A DNA stretch of 63,595 nucleotides, the filler included. It is 8 parts of 8 records of this genome, joined end to end, with 100 filler letters (N's around TTAATTAATTAA, not from the genome) between each part and the next. Parts side by side here need not be neighbours in the genome. Positions count along the whole stretch, not along the records: positions 34,470 to 44,766 come from SRR20825010_6793; positions 44,867 to 50,290 come from SRR20825010_6803; 6 more parts are not named here. One strand, written 5' to 3'. A model generated the notes under the pieces. That model saw only the letters and a list, made by a program, of their open reading frames with translations, was not told the origin of the DNA and searched no databases. The translations under genes were made by a program, and so were the position numbers. Every line of letters begins with the position of its first letter. The first letter of the stretch is position 1. This document shows positions 38,608 to 48,259 of this stretch, in pieces.

Positions 38608-38631
38608 ATTTCGGACAAATTTATCCTAAAT
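38608..38631. promoter_or_regulatory. Candidate Rrf2 operator (imperfect palindrome) at the rrf2 promoter
   Basis: ATTTCGGACAAATTTATCCTAAAT; minus-strand TATATTTG -7 element at 38588-38595. Confidence 0.6.
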
Positions 38632-38677
38632 AATTAATTATTCCATTTTTTTAATAAGGGTCCAGGGCTTTTTAAGA

Positions 38678-39754
38678 CTAATGCTCCCCGTAGCCTATAT
38701 CGTCCATTTTTCCCTTGAATACCCTGTATTGAATAAATATATAGACAATTAGAAGGATTAGGGCAATTATAAACCAATATATACCCACAGAAAGGCCGTA
38801 TTCATCTGCTGCAACATTGTAAACGGTCAAAGCCGGATTCACCGTATTGGTCGATGGCAACAGCTTTGGAAAAATAGACGCCGCGGTGGAGGCAAAACCT
38901 CCAAGGATAAATAGGGAGGAAAATATAAATCCTGTCCCATCCTTTTTAAAGGTCTTTATTAGAAAAAGTCCAAATAGCCCGATCAGGGTCAATAATGGAA
39001 AAATCCACAGCCATGGCGTTTCAATAAAATTATGAAAGGGCCTTGGAGCTATAACATGCCACACCACAAGGGAGAGGATTACCAAAGCGAGCAGGACGAA
39101 ATTGAGTTTAAAAATAACGGTTCTTAATTTATTGTTGAGGTCCGAGTTGGTCTTATAGATTATCCAATTGGCGCCATGGATGGTCAGAATGACCACCGCC
39201 ACCAGCCCCAGTAAAATGGTAAACCAATCTATAATGCCCAAATGTGCTGCCGTTGGACTAAAAGAGGGATTCCATAAAGGGAGAAAAAAATAGTGGGCTT
39301 CGTGGGCAGATATTCCATTTTCCACCATGCCTAAATTTACGCCCCTAACAACATTGCCCATGGCAATTCCAAAGAAAAGGGCCAAGAGGAAACTAGCTAC
39401 ACCGAAGGCCTTGTCCCAGACCGCTTCCCATAATTTGTTATGGATCTGACCTCTGAGTTCCAAACCTATCGCCCTAAAGATCAGTAGCCAAAGAATCATG
39501 ATCAGCGGCAGATAAAATCCACTGAAAGAAGAGGCATATAAGGTAGGAAAAGCAAAGAAAAGAACACCTCCAGAAGCAATGAGCCAGACTTCATTGGCAT
39601 CCCAAAACGGACCAATAGCATTGGTAATGGCCTTTTTATCCTTTTCTTTCTTTGCGAAAAATAAATGTACTATTCCCGCGCCAAAATCATAGCCATCCAA
39701 AACTACATAAATGGCCAACATACACATTAAAACAACGTACCAGAATAATTCCAT
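38678..39754 (-). CDS. cydB: Cytochrome bd ubiquinol oxidase subunit II
   Basis: LDGYDFGAG, GPFWDANEVW and AFPTLY. Confidence 0.96.
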   Translation of the reverse strand: MELFWYVVLMCMLAIYVVLDGYDFGAGIVHLFFAKKEKDKKAITNAIGPFWDANEVWLIASGGVLFFAFPTLYASSFSGFYLPLIMILWLLIFRAIGLELRGQIHNKLWEAVWDKAFGVASFLLALFFGIAMGNVVRGVNLGMVENGISAHEAHYFFLPLWNPSFSPTAAHLGIIDWFTILLGLVAVVILTIHGANWIIYKTNSDLNNKLRTVIFKLNFVLLALVILSLVVWHVIAPRPFHNFIETPWLWIFPLLTLIGLFGLFLIKTFKKDGTGFIFSSLFILGGFASTAASIFPKLLPSTNTVNPALTVYNVAADEYGLSVGIYWFIIALILLIVYIFIQYRVFKGKMDDIGYGEH

Positions 39755-39756
39755 AT

Positions 39757-41088
39757 TTAAGCTTCAACGGTTACAGGTCCTTTATTTATAATTTTACCAA
39801 CGAGTATCAAAAATAGCATTCCCAAAAGTAGATACAATCCAATAAACCCTAATAAGGTGAACAAAGTATTTCCAGAGGATACTGTTGGTGATATTCCTTC
39901 AGAGGTGCGCAAAAGGTTATAGACCAACCAAGGCTGTCTCCCCAACTCTGCGGTATACCAACCAGTTGTATTGGCAATATAGGGAAAGGGGAGGAAAAAT
40001 AGCAGGCACCATAAAATCCACTTGGTGCCGTATAGTTTTTTACGCCATAACTGAAAGGCACCCAACGCCATAATTCCAATAAATAAAGTTCCTAGCCCTA
40101 CCATTATGTGGTAGGCATAATATAAGCCTGGAATATTGGTAGGATAGTTTTCCGGTTCAAATTCGTTCAACCCTTTTACTTTGGCATCCCATTTTTTGTA
40201 GGTTAAAAAACTAAGTATATTGGGTACCGCAATTTTATTGTCCAATTTTTTGTCGACCACATTGGGCTGCCCAATTAGAACAATTTCCGATCCACCATCC
40301 TGGGTTTCAAATAATCCTTCCATGGCCGCAAAAGTAACAGGCTGATGTTCCACTACATTTTTAGCGGCCCAATCGCCCGTTGGGAAGGCTACCAATACAG
40401 AGGACACAAGTCCAAATATTACCCCGGTCTTAACAAATAGTTGGCCGAAACTACTGTGTTTGTTGTTCAAAATATAAAAGGCACCTATGGATGCCATTAC
40501 AAAAGATGCGGTTACCAAACTGGCCAACTGATTGTGTAAATAGGAGGGCAAGAGCCAAGGGTTGGAGAATAGGGCACCAAAATTAGTCAATACAAATTTG
40601 CCATTGCTCAATATTTCATATCCTACCGGATGTTGCATCCAGGAATGCGTGGCTATGATTAAAAAACCACTGGCCCAAGAACCTAGAAAAACCAAGAAAC
40701 CGGTTACAAAGTGCAATTTGTGTCCCAATAATTTCTCGCCGAACAAAAACAGGCCCAAAAAGGAAGATTCCAGAAAAAAGGAGAACATTCCTTCCATGGC
40801 CAAGGTCTGCCCAATAATTCCACCGGTCAATTCGGAAAATTTGGCCCAATTGGTCCCAAATTGAAATTCCATTGGTATTCCGGTTACAACCCCCATGGCA
40901 AAATTAAGGGCAAAGATCCGCATCCAGAATTTGGCTGCATCATTATATTGATCAATTCGGGTTCTGAGGAATTTCCACTTAAAATAAACGATGATCAGGG
41001 AGAGGCCCATAGTGAGTTGTGGAAACAAATAGTGGAAGGTGATAGTAAAGGCAAATTGCATTCTATCATAAAAGAGCATATCCTCCAT
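39757..41088 (-). CDS. cydA: Cytochrome bd ubiquinol oxidase subunit I (short Q-loop)
   Basis: FHYLF, GIPMEFQFGTNW, FFLES, AAMEG and ELGRQPW. Confidence 0.97.
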   Translation of the reverse strand: MEDMLFYDRMQFAFTITFHYLFPQLTMGLSLIIVYFKWKFLRTRIDQYNDAAKFWMRIFALNFAMGVVTGIPMEFQFGTNWAKFSELTGGIIGQTLAMEGMFSFFLESSFLGLFLFGEKLLGHKLHFVTGFLVFLGSWASGFLIIATHSWMQHPVGYEILSNGKFVLTNFGALFSNPWLLPSYLHNQLASLVTASFVMASIGAFYILNNKHSSFGQLFVKTGVIFGLVSSVLVAFPTGDWAAKNVVEHQPVTFAAMEGLFETQDGGSEIVLIGQPNVVDKKLDNKIAVPNILSFLTYKKWDAKVKGLNEFEPENYPTNIPGLYYAYHIMVGLGTLFIGIMALGAFQLWRKKLYGTKWILWCLLFFLPFPYIANTTGWYTAELGRQPWLVYNLLRTSEGISPTVSSGNTLFTLLGFIGLYLLLGMLFLILVGKIINKGPVTVEA

Positions 41089-41203
41089 GAAAAAAACTTA
41101 AGGTTTATTTTGGCTTAAATTTAAATAACAAAAAATTAAATTAGGTAACAGTGGTTACATAATTGCTTATTTAAATTGAATAAAAACAAATTGATCCAAT
41201 ACC

Positions 41204-41215
41204 TGACAAATGTCA
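41204..41215. promoter_or_regulatory. Palindrome TGACA-AA-TGTCA in the divergent promoter region (Crp/Fnr-like TGA-N6-TCA)
   Basis: Perfect 5-bp arms; lies between cydA and the 124-aa ORF. Confidence 0.55.
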
Positions 41216-41309
41216 TCTTTTTATGAATTGGATATGCATTATATTTGTGCTGTATTTTAAATATTGCAGTCTTTTGTCATTCAAGTTTGCATCAATTTGA
41301 AAATTAATA

Positions 41310-41684
41310 ATGAAGCATTTAATCCTATTTGTTGCTATAATTATGCTGATAAAGCCTCTCTGGCCCTTAGCAGAATATGCAGTAAATTACGATTACATTG
41401 TGGAGAACCTTTGTGAAAACAAGGATACCCCTTCCTTGCATTGCGATGGTAAATGTTACCTGGCCAAACAATTGGCCAAAGAATCGGAGGGAAACGATAA
41501 AAATCCATTTGAAGGCAAACGGGTCAATGTGGAAATTCAGTATATTTCTTCGTTCCACCCATTACTGGTTCTTGAATCGGACAATGAATACGACAGTACC
41601 GTTCAAAATAATTATAAGGGAATCCAAACTTTGATTCCCGGTCTGTATACCACAGATATTGCACAGCCACCAGAGCTGGGATAA
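41310..41684 (+). CDS. Cys-rich small protein, candidate metal-responsive upstream ORF
   Basis: N-terminal hydrophobic helix, LCENKD.P.LHCDGKCYL and C-terminal QPP. Confidence 0.8.
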   Translation: MKHLILFVAIIMLIKPLWPLAEYAVNYDYIVENLCENKDTPSLHCDGKCYLAKQLAKESEGNDKNPFEGKRVNVEIQYISSFHPLLVLESDNEYDSTVQNNYKGIQTLIPGLYTTDIAQPPELG

Positions 41685-41775
41685 TTCAATTATCGCCATA
41701 AAAGTATTCGGTTGATTCTAAACCTTGTACAAGTCTATGGCGTCTTAACGGAATTGTATTATCTAAATAAATCAA

Positions 41776-43839
41776 ATGAACATTATTAAATGTGTCCATA
41801 AGGTATTCACAATACTTATGGAAGCAAGCAGGCCTATAAACAGGTGGATGTTTTTATGGGGAATATTTATTTTTCCAATTAACATTGGCGCGCAGGAATT
41901 GGTATTACATAAGGATTCTATCATAACGATCAATCTGGACGAAGTTATCCTTATTTCGGCCAGAAAGACTTTGGATTACCACCGCCAGCCAAAACCCCTC
42001 TCAACCCTGGACGAGTATCTGGAATCCTCCAAAAAGGTAGATATGGTGAAACGTGGAGCCTATGCCTGGGAACCCACTTTGAACAATATGTTTTCGGAAC
42101 GCCTCTCTGTGACTATTGATGGAATGAGGATTTTTGGTGCTTGCACGGACAAGATGGACCCAGTAACCTCCTATGTGGATGTGTCCAATTTATCGCAGGC
42201 TCATATAGCTTCTGGACAGCAGGGCACCGAACACGGAAACACCATTGGTGGGGCCATAAATTTGGAGCTTGACCGTGGTAATTTTAAGGAAACAGGATTA
42301 TATGGTGGCGTGGAGACGGGTTTTGAGAGCAACAACCAAATGAGTGTGGTTGGGGCCGAAATTAATTATTCGGATTCCAATTATTATTTGGACACGGATA
42401 TCATTTATCGCAAGGCAGAAAATTATTTTGCCGGGGGTGATGAAGAAGTTGAGTTCTCCCAATTTGAAAAGTATAATTTTTCGACAAATGGCGGATACAA
42501 ACTTGCAGAAGATCAGGCCTTGACGGCCAGTCTTATTTATGATGAGGCCAGGGATGTGGGCTATCCGGCATTAACTATGGATGTTTCCTTGGCTAGGGCC
42601 ATTATAGCATCGGTAGGTTTTGAGCAGGATGCTTTATGGGGCAGTTTAAACAATTGGAAATCTAAGTTGTATTTTAACAAGGTTACCCATGTCATGGATG
42701 ATACCAAACGACCTGATGTACCCATACATATGGATATGCCGGGTTGGAGCGATACCTATGGCTTTTACTCCCAAGCAGCTCTAAAGGCCAAAAAGCATCA
42801 ATTTTTATTTAAGATTGATGGGTATTACAATAAATCTTTGGCCGAAATGACGATGTATCCCAATGATCCGAACGAGTTGCCCATGTTTATGCTCACCTGG
42901 CCCGATGTGCGTACCGCCAACGGCGGGGTATATGCGGAGGATGAGCTGGATTTAAATGGTAGTTTTCTTAAGTTGGCGACCAGGCTGACCGTTCAAAACC
43001 AGAATGTTGCGGACGAATTGGGATTGAATAGCTTAAAGATTTTTTATCCGGAAATGGAGAAATCTAAAATGCGGTTCCTAAAAAGTATTTCAGGGCAATG
43101 GCATAAAATGTGGATGCCATGGCATTTTAATGCGGGACTTTCCTATGGGGATAGGGCACCTTCCGTGACCGAGGGCTATGGGTTTTATTTGTTCAACAGT
43201 TTTGACAATCACGACTACATTGGGGATCCGGGTCTTGCCAACGAAAAATCCATGGAGGCCAATACTAAAATCTCCTGGGAAAAATCCAAATTTAAGCTAA
43301 GTGCCGAGGCCAATTTTTTCCATATCGCAGATTATATTATTGGGGAAATTGATCCTTCCCTGAGTGTGATGACCATAGGGGCTGAAGGAGTCAAGATCTA
43401 TAAAAATCTGGAGTACGCCCAATTGTTCAACACTTCCTTGGATATGGAATACACCATTCTGCCAGAACTGAAATGGTCGGGTTTGATTTCATATCATCGT
43501 GGTACGGACAACAATGGTGGTAACATACCTTTTATAAGTCCATTTTCTTACCGGTCCGGTCTTCAGTTTGATAATAGGTCATTTTCAGCAGCCCTTAGGA
43601 TAACTGGTGCAGGGAAACAAGTGAACTATAACCCCGAATTCGGGGAAGATCAAACACAGGCCTATACGGTTTGTTCCTTGACCTTTGGCAAGACTTTTAA
43701 ATTTAACAACGATTCCATGTACGCAAAGTTCGGGGTAGAGAATATTTTTGATGAATACTACTCCACCTATACGGATTGGAAAAACATCCCAAGAATGGGG
43801 CGAAACTTCTTTTTAACACTTTCTTATTCCATTAATTAA
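41776..43839 (+). CDS. TonB-dependent receptor, OprC/NosA-like copper type
   Basis: Plug motif GACTDKMDP (CxxxM), HVMDD and HMDMPG, C-terminal GRNFFLTLSYSIN. Confidence 0.82.
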   Translation: MNIIKCVHKVFTILMEASRPINRWMFLWGIFIFPINIGAQELVLHKDSIITINLDEVILISARKTLDYHRQPKPLSTLDEYLESSKKVDMVKRGAYAWEPTLNNMFSERLSVTIDGMRIFGACTDKMDPVTSYVDVSNLSQAHIASGQQGTEHGNTIGGAINLELDRGNFKETGLYGGVETGFESNNQMSVVGAEINYSDSNYYLDTDIIYRKAENYFAGGDEEVEFSQFEKYNFSTNGGYKLAEDQALTASLIYDEARDVGYPALTMDVSLARAIIASVGFEQDALWGSLNNWKSKLYFNKVTHVMDDTKRPDVPIHMDMPGWSDTYGFYSQAALKAKKHQFLFKIDGYYNKSLAEMTMYPNDPNELPMFMLTWPDVRTANGGVYAEDELDLNGSFLKLATRLTVQNQNVADELGLNSLKIFYPEMEKSKMRFLKSISGQWHKMWMPWHFNAGLSYGDRAPSVTEGYGFYLFNSFDNHDYIGDPGLANEKSMEANTKISWEKSKFKLSAEANFFHIADYIIGEIDPSLSVMTIGAEGVKIYKNLEYAQLFNTSLDMEYTILPELKWSGLISYHRGTDNNGGNIPFISPFSYRSGLQFDNRSFSAALRITGAGKQVNYNPEFGEDQTQAYTVCSLTFGKTFKFNNDSMYAKFGVENIFDEYYSTYTDWKNIPRMGRNFFLTLSYSIN

Positions 43840-43853
43840 TTAAAATAAACATA

Positions 43854-44717
43854 ATGAAAACAATAAAACTAGTTCTAGTAACATTTGTAGCCACTTTAGG
43901 ATTATCATCATGTTCATCTGATGGGGACGACACACCAAAAATTGATGTAAATCCTATGGCCGAATTTAATTTGATATCAAATATTGTGGCCAATGGCCAT
44001 AGTTTGGAACTGTATTCCGAAGGGAAAACCGGTTTTACAACAGGATACAACCAACTTTTTGTCCGTATTAAAAATAATGCCGATGATACTTATTACGCCA
44101 ATCCTGAAATTACATGGAAACCTGTAATGCACATGATGAGTATGGAACATTCCTGTCCAATATCCGGACTAAGTATTTCGAATGATTACGACACGGTGGC
44201 AACAGGATATATCGTTTTCCAGATGCCTGGCAATGCCGATGAATTTTGGGACATAACCTTTACCTATGAGGTAGAGGGACAGGAATTTTCTATGACCGAA
44301 ACTATAGATGTTTCTGCTCCAATCGATGATAATCAAACGGTTTCTGTATTTATGGGAAGTGATGACGTAAGATATGTCTTGGCAATGGTGGAACCAAAAG
44401 ATCCAGAAGTTGCGGTTAACGACATGACTGCTATGTTATTTAAAATGGAAAGTATGATGAGCTTTCCCCTTGTGGAAAATTACACGGTAACTTTAGATCC
44501 GCGTATGCCGGGGATGGGCAACCACAGTTCCCCCAACAATGAGGATCTAACCTATGATACGGCTACCAAATCTTATAAGGGAAAATTGTCCTTGACAATG
44601 ACGGGGTATTGGAAACTTAATCTAAAACTATTGAACAGTACCGGAGAAGTTTTAAAAGGAGAAGACATAACCGAAGAAAACGAAGCCAGTAGCTTATACT
44701 TTGAATTGGAATTTTAG
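43854..44717 (+). CDS. Lipoprotein with two YtkA/FixH-like Met/His modules
   Basis: Lipobox LSSC; PVMHMMSMEHSCP...FQMPG..W and PRMPGMGNHSSP...LTMTGYW. Confidence 0.72.
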   Translation: MKTIKLVLVTFVATLGLSSCSSDGDDTPKIDVNPMAEFNLISNIVANGHSLELYSEGKTGFTTGYNQLFVRIKNNADDTYYANPEITWKPVMHMMSMEHSCPISGLSISNDYDTVATGYIVFQMPGNADEFWDITFTYEVEGQEFSMTETIDVSAPIDDNQTVSVFMGSDDVRYVLAMVEPKDPEVAVNDMTAMLFKMESMMSFPLVENYTVTLDPRMPGMGNHSSPNNEDLTYDTATKSYKGKLSLTMTGYWKLNLKLLNSTGEVLKGEDITEENEASSLYFELEF

Positions 44718-44866
44718 TTAGTACTCCTATGCAATAAAAAAGAGGCTGTCTAAAAAGTCAAGACAGNNNNNNNNNNNNNNNNNNNNNNNNNNNNNNNNNN
44801 NNNNNNNNNNTTAATTAATTAANNNNNNNNNNNNNNNNNNNNNNNNNNNNNNNNNNNNNNNNNNNN

Positions 44867-44895
44867 CCGGCGTAGTCGCTAAAATCATCGCTTAA
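44867..44895 (+). CDS. tuf: Elongation factor Tu, C-terminal fragment
   Basis: GVVAKIIA* in the canonical position before tRNA-Trp and secE. Confidence 0.85.
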
Positions 44896-44909
44896 TCAGC
44901 GAAACTTAA

Positions 44910-44940
44910 AGATGGGCCGGACATGCGCCGGCCCATTTTG
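44910..44940 (+). terminator. Hairpin after tuf
   Basis: ATGGGCCGG-acatgcg-CCGGCCCAT followed by TTT. Confidence 0.7.
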
Positions 44941-45064
44941 CTGTGCAGGTGAAAGATGATCTCTCTCATATACGCAAAGCCTTTTTAACGAAGGCGAAAA
45001 AAGTACTTGCATGCATGGGCTTCGGGCGTTACACCGCACCCCTCATGAATGCGATAACGGCTGT

Positions 45065-45140
45065 AGGGGCGTAGCTCAGTTGGTAGAGCACCGGTCTCCA
45101 AAACCGGGTGTCGGGAGTTCGAGTCTCTCCGCCCCTGCCA
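45065..45140 (+). tRNA. tRNA-Trp (CCA)
   Basis: 76-nt cloverleaf AGGGGCG...CGCCCCT-GCCA, anticodon loop CT-CCA-AA. Confidence 0.97.
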
Positions 45141-45246
45141 AGCCGACAAACGCTGGCGTCAAATATGGCGCAATGAGTGTAAGATTTTGTAAAGCCTGCG
45201 CTTTTAATGGTTGAAGCGCGGGCCTTAAGAGCAAAAAAAGGGATAC

Positions 45247-45447
45247 ATGATGGCAAAGACCACCCCAGGTGAATTTGTACGCCAGGTGAGGCAAGAAGGG
45301 TCCAAGGTGACCTGGCCGACACCGAAAGAGGCGGGAATCACCTCTGTTATGGTTTTTATCATGGTGGTCGTCATGGCCGTTTTTTTCCTTGGCGTTGATT
45401 TCTTTTTGAACGCTGGTGTGCAGTACATACTCGGTCTCGGAGATTAA
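45247..45447 (+). CDS. secE: Preprotein translocase subunit SecE
   Basis: VRQEGSKVTWP plus a single TM; canonical context. Confidence 0.95.
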   Translation: MMAKTTPGEFVRQVRQEGSKVTWPTPKEAGITSVMVFIMVVVMAVFFLGVDFFLNAGVQYILGLGD

Positions 45448-45448
45448 T

Positions 45449-45985
45449 GTGAGCAAGTCTCGCTGGTATATCATTCACGCCTATTCGGGCTTTGAAAAGA
45501 AGGTTGCGGAAGCAATCAAGGAACAAGCCATCCAACAGGGCCTAGAGGCACTTGTTGAAGAGGTTATCGTTCCGACCGAAGAGGTGATTGAGGTCCGCAA
45601 GGGCAAGAAAGTCACATCCGAGAAGAAATTCTTCCCGGGGTACGTGCTTATTAAAATGATCCTGACCGATGACACCTATCATCTGGCTAACAGCCACGCG
45701 AAGGTGACAGGGTTCCTTGGTCCACAAGGCAAGCCGTCAGCAATTTCGGAAGCTGAGGCAGCTCGCATCCTCAATCAGGTTGTGGAAGGTGTTGAGCGCC
45801 CACGTCCGAACGTTGTGTACGAGATTGGCGAAGAGGTCCGCGTGACCGATGGTCCGTTTACCAGCTTCAATGGTACTGTTGAAGACGTGGACGAAGACAA
45901 AGCACGCCTTAAGGTGTCTGTGTCGATCTTTGGTCGCGCAACACCGGTTGAGCTGGAATACACCCAGGTCGAAAAAGTATCGTAA
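45449..45985 (+). CDS. nusG: Transcription factor NusG
   Basis: [20 protein letters not shown] motif and [13 protein letters not shown] start. Confidence 0.97.
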   Translation: MSKSRWYIIHAYSGFEKKVAEAIKEQAIQQGLEALVEEVIVPTEEVIEVRKGKKVTSEKKFFPGYVLIKMILTDDTYHLANSHAKVTGFLGPQGKPSAISEAEAARILNQVVEGVERPRPNVVYEIGEEVRVTDGPFTSFNGTVEDVDEDKARLKVSVSIFGRATPVELEYTQVEKVS

Positions 45986-46142
45986 GATTTTGGGGCAGGT
46001 GCCCCGAAATTTGGACGCAAGTCCAAACCGTGCGGAAGGCCCGCCATTAGCCGTACCGCGCACCCTTGGTAAAGCCCCAGTGGGTCCCTTTGAGGAAACA
46101 CCAGTGGCGATACCACCTTTGTAACTTTGAAAGGGAAATACG

Positions 46143-46571
46143 ATGGCAAAAAAAATTGCTGGTTACCTGAAGCTTCAGGTGCCTGCTGGTCAAGCTAACC
46201 CGTCGCCGCCAATCGGCCCGGCTCTTGGTCAGCGTGGTGTAAACATCATGGAATTCTGTAAAGCGTTCAACGCGCAGACACAGAAAATGGATGCGGGTAT
46301 GCCAATCCCGACCATCCTGACAATTTACGCGGACAAGTCCTTCACATTTGTGACGAAGACTCCTCCTGCGAGCTACTACCTGAAAAAAGCTGCCGGTCAA
46401 AAATCCGGTGGTAAAGAACCGGGCCGCGCTGTTGCAGCGACTGTGACCCGTGAACAGGTACGTGAAATCGCGGAAGCGAAAATGGTCGATCTGAGCGCAA
46501 ACGACATCGATGCAGCTATGCTGATCATCGAAGGTTCTGCGCGCTCGATGGGCTACAAGGTGGAGGGTTAA
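46143..46571 (+). CDS. rplK: 50S ribosomal protein L11
   Basis: [15 protein letters not shown] and GSARSMG. Confidence 0.98.
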   Translation: MAKKIAGYLKLQVPAGQANPSPPIGPALGQRGVNIMEFCKAFNAQTQKMDAGMPIPTILTIYADKSFTFVTKTPPASYYLKKAAGQKSGGKEPGRAVAATVTREQVREIAEAKMVDLSANDIDAAMLIIEGSARSMGYKVEG

Positions 46572-46575
46572 TACC

Positions 46576-47271
46576 ATGGCAAAAGTTGCAAAACGCCTGC
46601 AGAAAGCCTGGGACGGCCTTGACCGTGAGAAGCTTTACACTGTTGAAGAAGCTGTAAAAGAGCTGAAAGCTCGTTCAGCTACGAAATTCGATGAGACGAT
46701 CGAGGTTGCTATGAACCTCGGCGTTGACCCACGTCACGCTGACCAGATGGTTCGTGGTGTTGTTGCTCTGCCGCACGGTACTGGTAAATCCGTACGTGTT
46801 GCTGTTTTTGCTCGCGGCCCTAAAGCTGAAGAAGCAGAAAAAGCAGGCGCAGACGTTGTTGGCGCAGAAGACCTGATGGAAGCCGTTCAAAAAGGCGAGA
46901 TCAACTTCGAGCGTTGCATCGCGACACCTGACATGATGGCTGTTGTTGGCCGTCTCGGTAAAGTGCTTGGCCCGAAAGGCCTGATGCCTAACCCGAAACT
47001 CGGTACTGTAACCATGGACGTTAAAGGCGCTGTTGAAGCGGCTAAAGCTGGCCAGGTTGAATACCGCGTTGAGAAGGCTGGTATCGTGCACGGCGGCGTT
47101 GGCAAAGCAAGCTTCGACGAAGCTGCGATCATCGAGAACGCAAAAGCGTTCATCGGCGCAGTTGTTAAAGCCAAGCCAACGGGTGCCAAAGGCACTTACG
47201 TGAAGAAAGTCGGTCTTTCTTCGTCGATGGGCCCAGGCCTGAAAATCGACGTAGCGACGCTCGGCGAATAA
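46576..47271 (+). CDS. rplA: 50S ribosomal protein L1
   Basis: [21 protein letters not shown] and SMGPG. Confidence 0.98.
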   Translation: MAKVAKRLQKAWDGLDREKLYTVEEAVKELKARSATKFDETIEVAMNLGVDPRHADQMVRGVVALPHGTGKSVRVAVFARGPKAEEAEKAGADVVGAEDLMEAVQKGEINFERCIATPDMMAVVGRLGKVLGPKGLMPNPKLGTVTMDVKGAVEAAKAGQVEYRVEKAGIVHGGVGKASFDEAAIIENAKAFIGAVVKAKPTGAKGTYVKKVGLSSSMGPGLKIDVATLGE

Positions 47272-47340
47272 GACGCGAATTTGTGCCGGGCCTCGGCTCG
47301 GCACAGTCGTTCAGGCGGCTGTTTTGCCTGAATGTTAGTA

Positions 47341-47442
47341 CTGTCCGAGATTACAGGTGCCTTTGGGGTGTGTTTCTAGTTTGTGACCTCCAGGGTTTAA
47401 AAAAAGTGGTCGTCGCGGATCCACGGCCTGTATGAGACGGGG
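47341..47442 (+). promoter_or_regulatory. L10 leader (rplJL autoregulatory RNA)
   Basis: CTGTCCGAGATTACAGG...CCTGTATGAGACGG paired ends within the long rplA-rplJ spacer. Confidence 0.7.
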
Positions 47443-47637
47443 TAAAGGGAATTTGGTTATCAATTGATGACCGCCGCGGTTTCCTCGAAGGACTGGGTGC
47501 AACCCGTCCTGCGAAGCCTGGTTAACCCGCACCTCCGGACAGAGGAGAGTATCGGCGCAGAGTTTGTACCGATGCATAGCTCAAATGACGAAGGTTCATA
47601 GTTTGATTTACGAACCTTCAAAGTCGGAGACGAGATA

Positions 47638-48153
47638 GTGGAAAGAACCGAGAAGCAGGAATGGGTAGCATCCTTGCATGACGTGTTCTCAAACGCAGCG
47701 TCTGTGGTTGTTGTACATTACGACGGCCTCAGCGTAGCTGAGATCACGGCATTGCGTGCGCAAATGCGCGAAGTGGGTGCAACGCTTAAGGTTACTAAAA
47801 ACCGGCTGACTCGTCTTGCGCTAAAAGGCACTGAATACGAAGGCATTACGGATCTGTTTACCGGTCCGACGGCTATCGGCTTTGCTGACGACCCTGTTGC
47901 AGCACCTAAGGCTCTTGCTGAATTCGCCAAGAAGAACGAAAAACTTCGTCTTCTCGGTGGTGGCATGGGCGCTACGGTTCTGGATCAGACTGGCGTTAAA
48001 GCATTGGCTGAACTGCCGTCGCTCGACGAACTTCGCGGCAAACTTGTGGGTCTCCTGCAAGCTCCTGCTCAGAAGCTCGCGGCCGTTACGCAGGCTCCAG
48101 CGGGTCAATTGGCCCGTGTCTTCAGTGCTTATGGCAACAAAGACGCAGCTTAA
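47638..48153 (+). CDS. rplJ: 50S ribosomal protein L10
   Basis: KVTKNRL, FTGPTAI and LPSLDELRGKL. Confidence 0.97.
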   Translation: MERTEKQEWVASLHDVFSNAASVVVVHYDGLSVAEITALRAQMREVGATLKVTKNRLTRLALKGTEYEGITDLFTGPTAIGFADDPVAAPKALAEFAKKNEKLRLLGGGMGATVLDQTGVKALAELPSLDELRGKLVGLLQAPAQKLAAVTQAPAGQLARVFSAYGNKDAA

Positions 48154-48259
48154 CGACACCTTGGGTGGCTATCCCATTCAGGGGGCCGCCTGGTTTAACC
48201 AACGCAATGATACATGCGGATCCTTTTTGAGATGGACCGCTTATTTGGAGTAAATGAAA

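Noticed and set aside
129-44717. Apparent multi-metal island (efflux in segment 1, iron uptake in segment 3, copper uptake in segment 5)
   Set aside because: These lie on different contigs, probably from different organisms; adjacency across spacers carries no information.
44735-44766. GAGGCTGTCTAAAAAGTCAAGACAG at the contig end, resembling an IS end or hairpin
   Set aside because: Truncated by the spacer; a terminator cannot be told from a mobile-element end.
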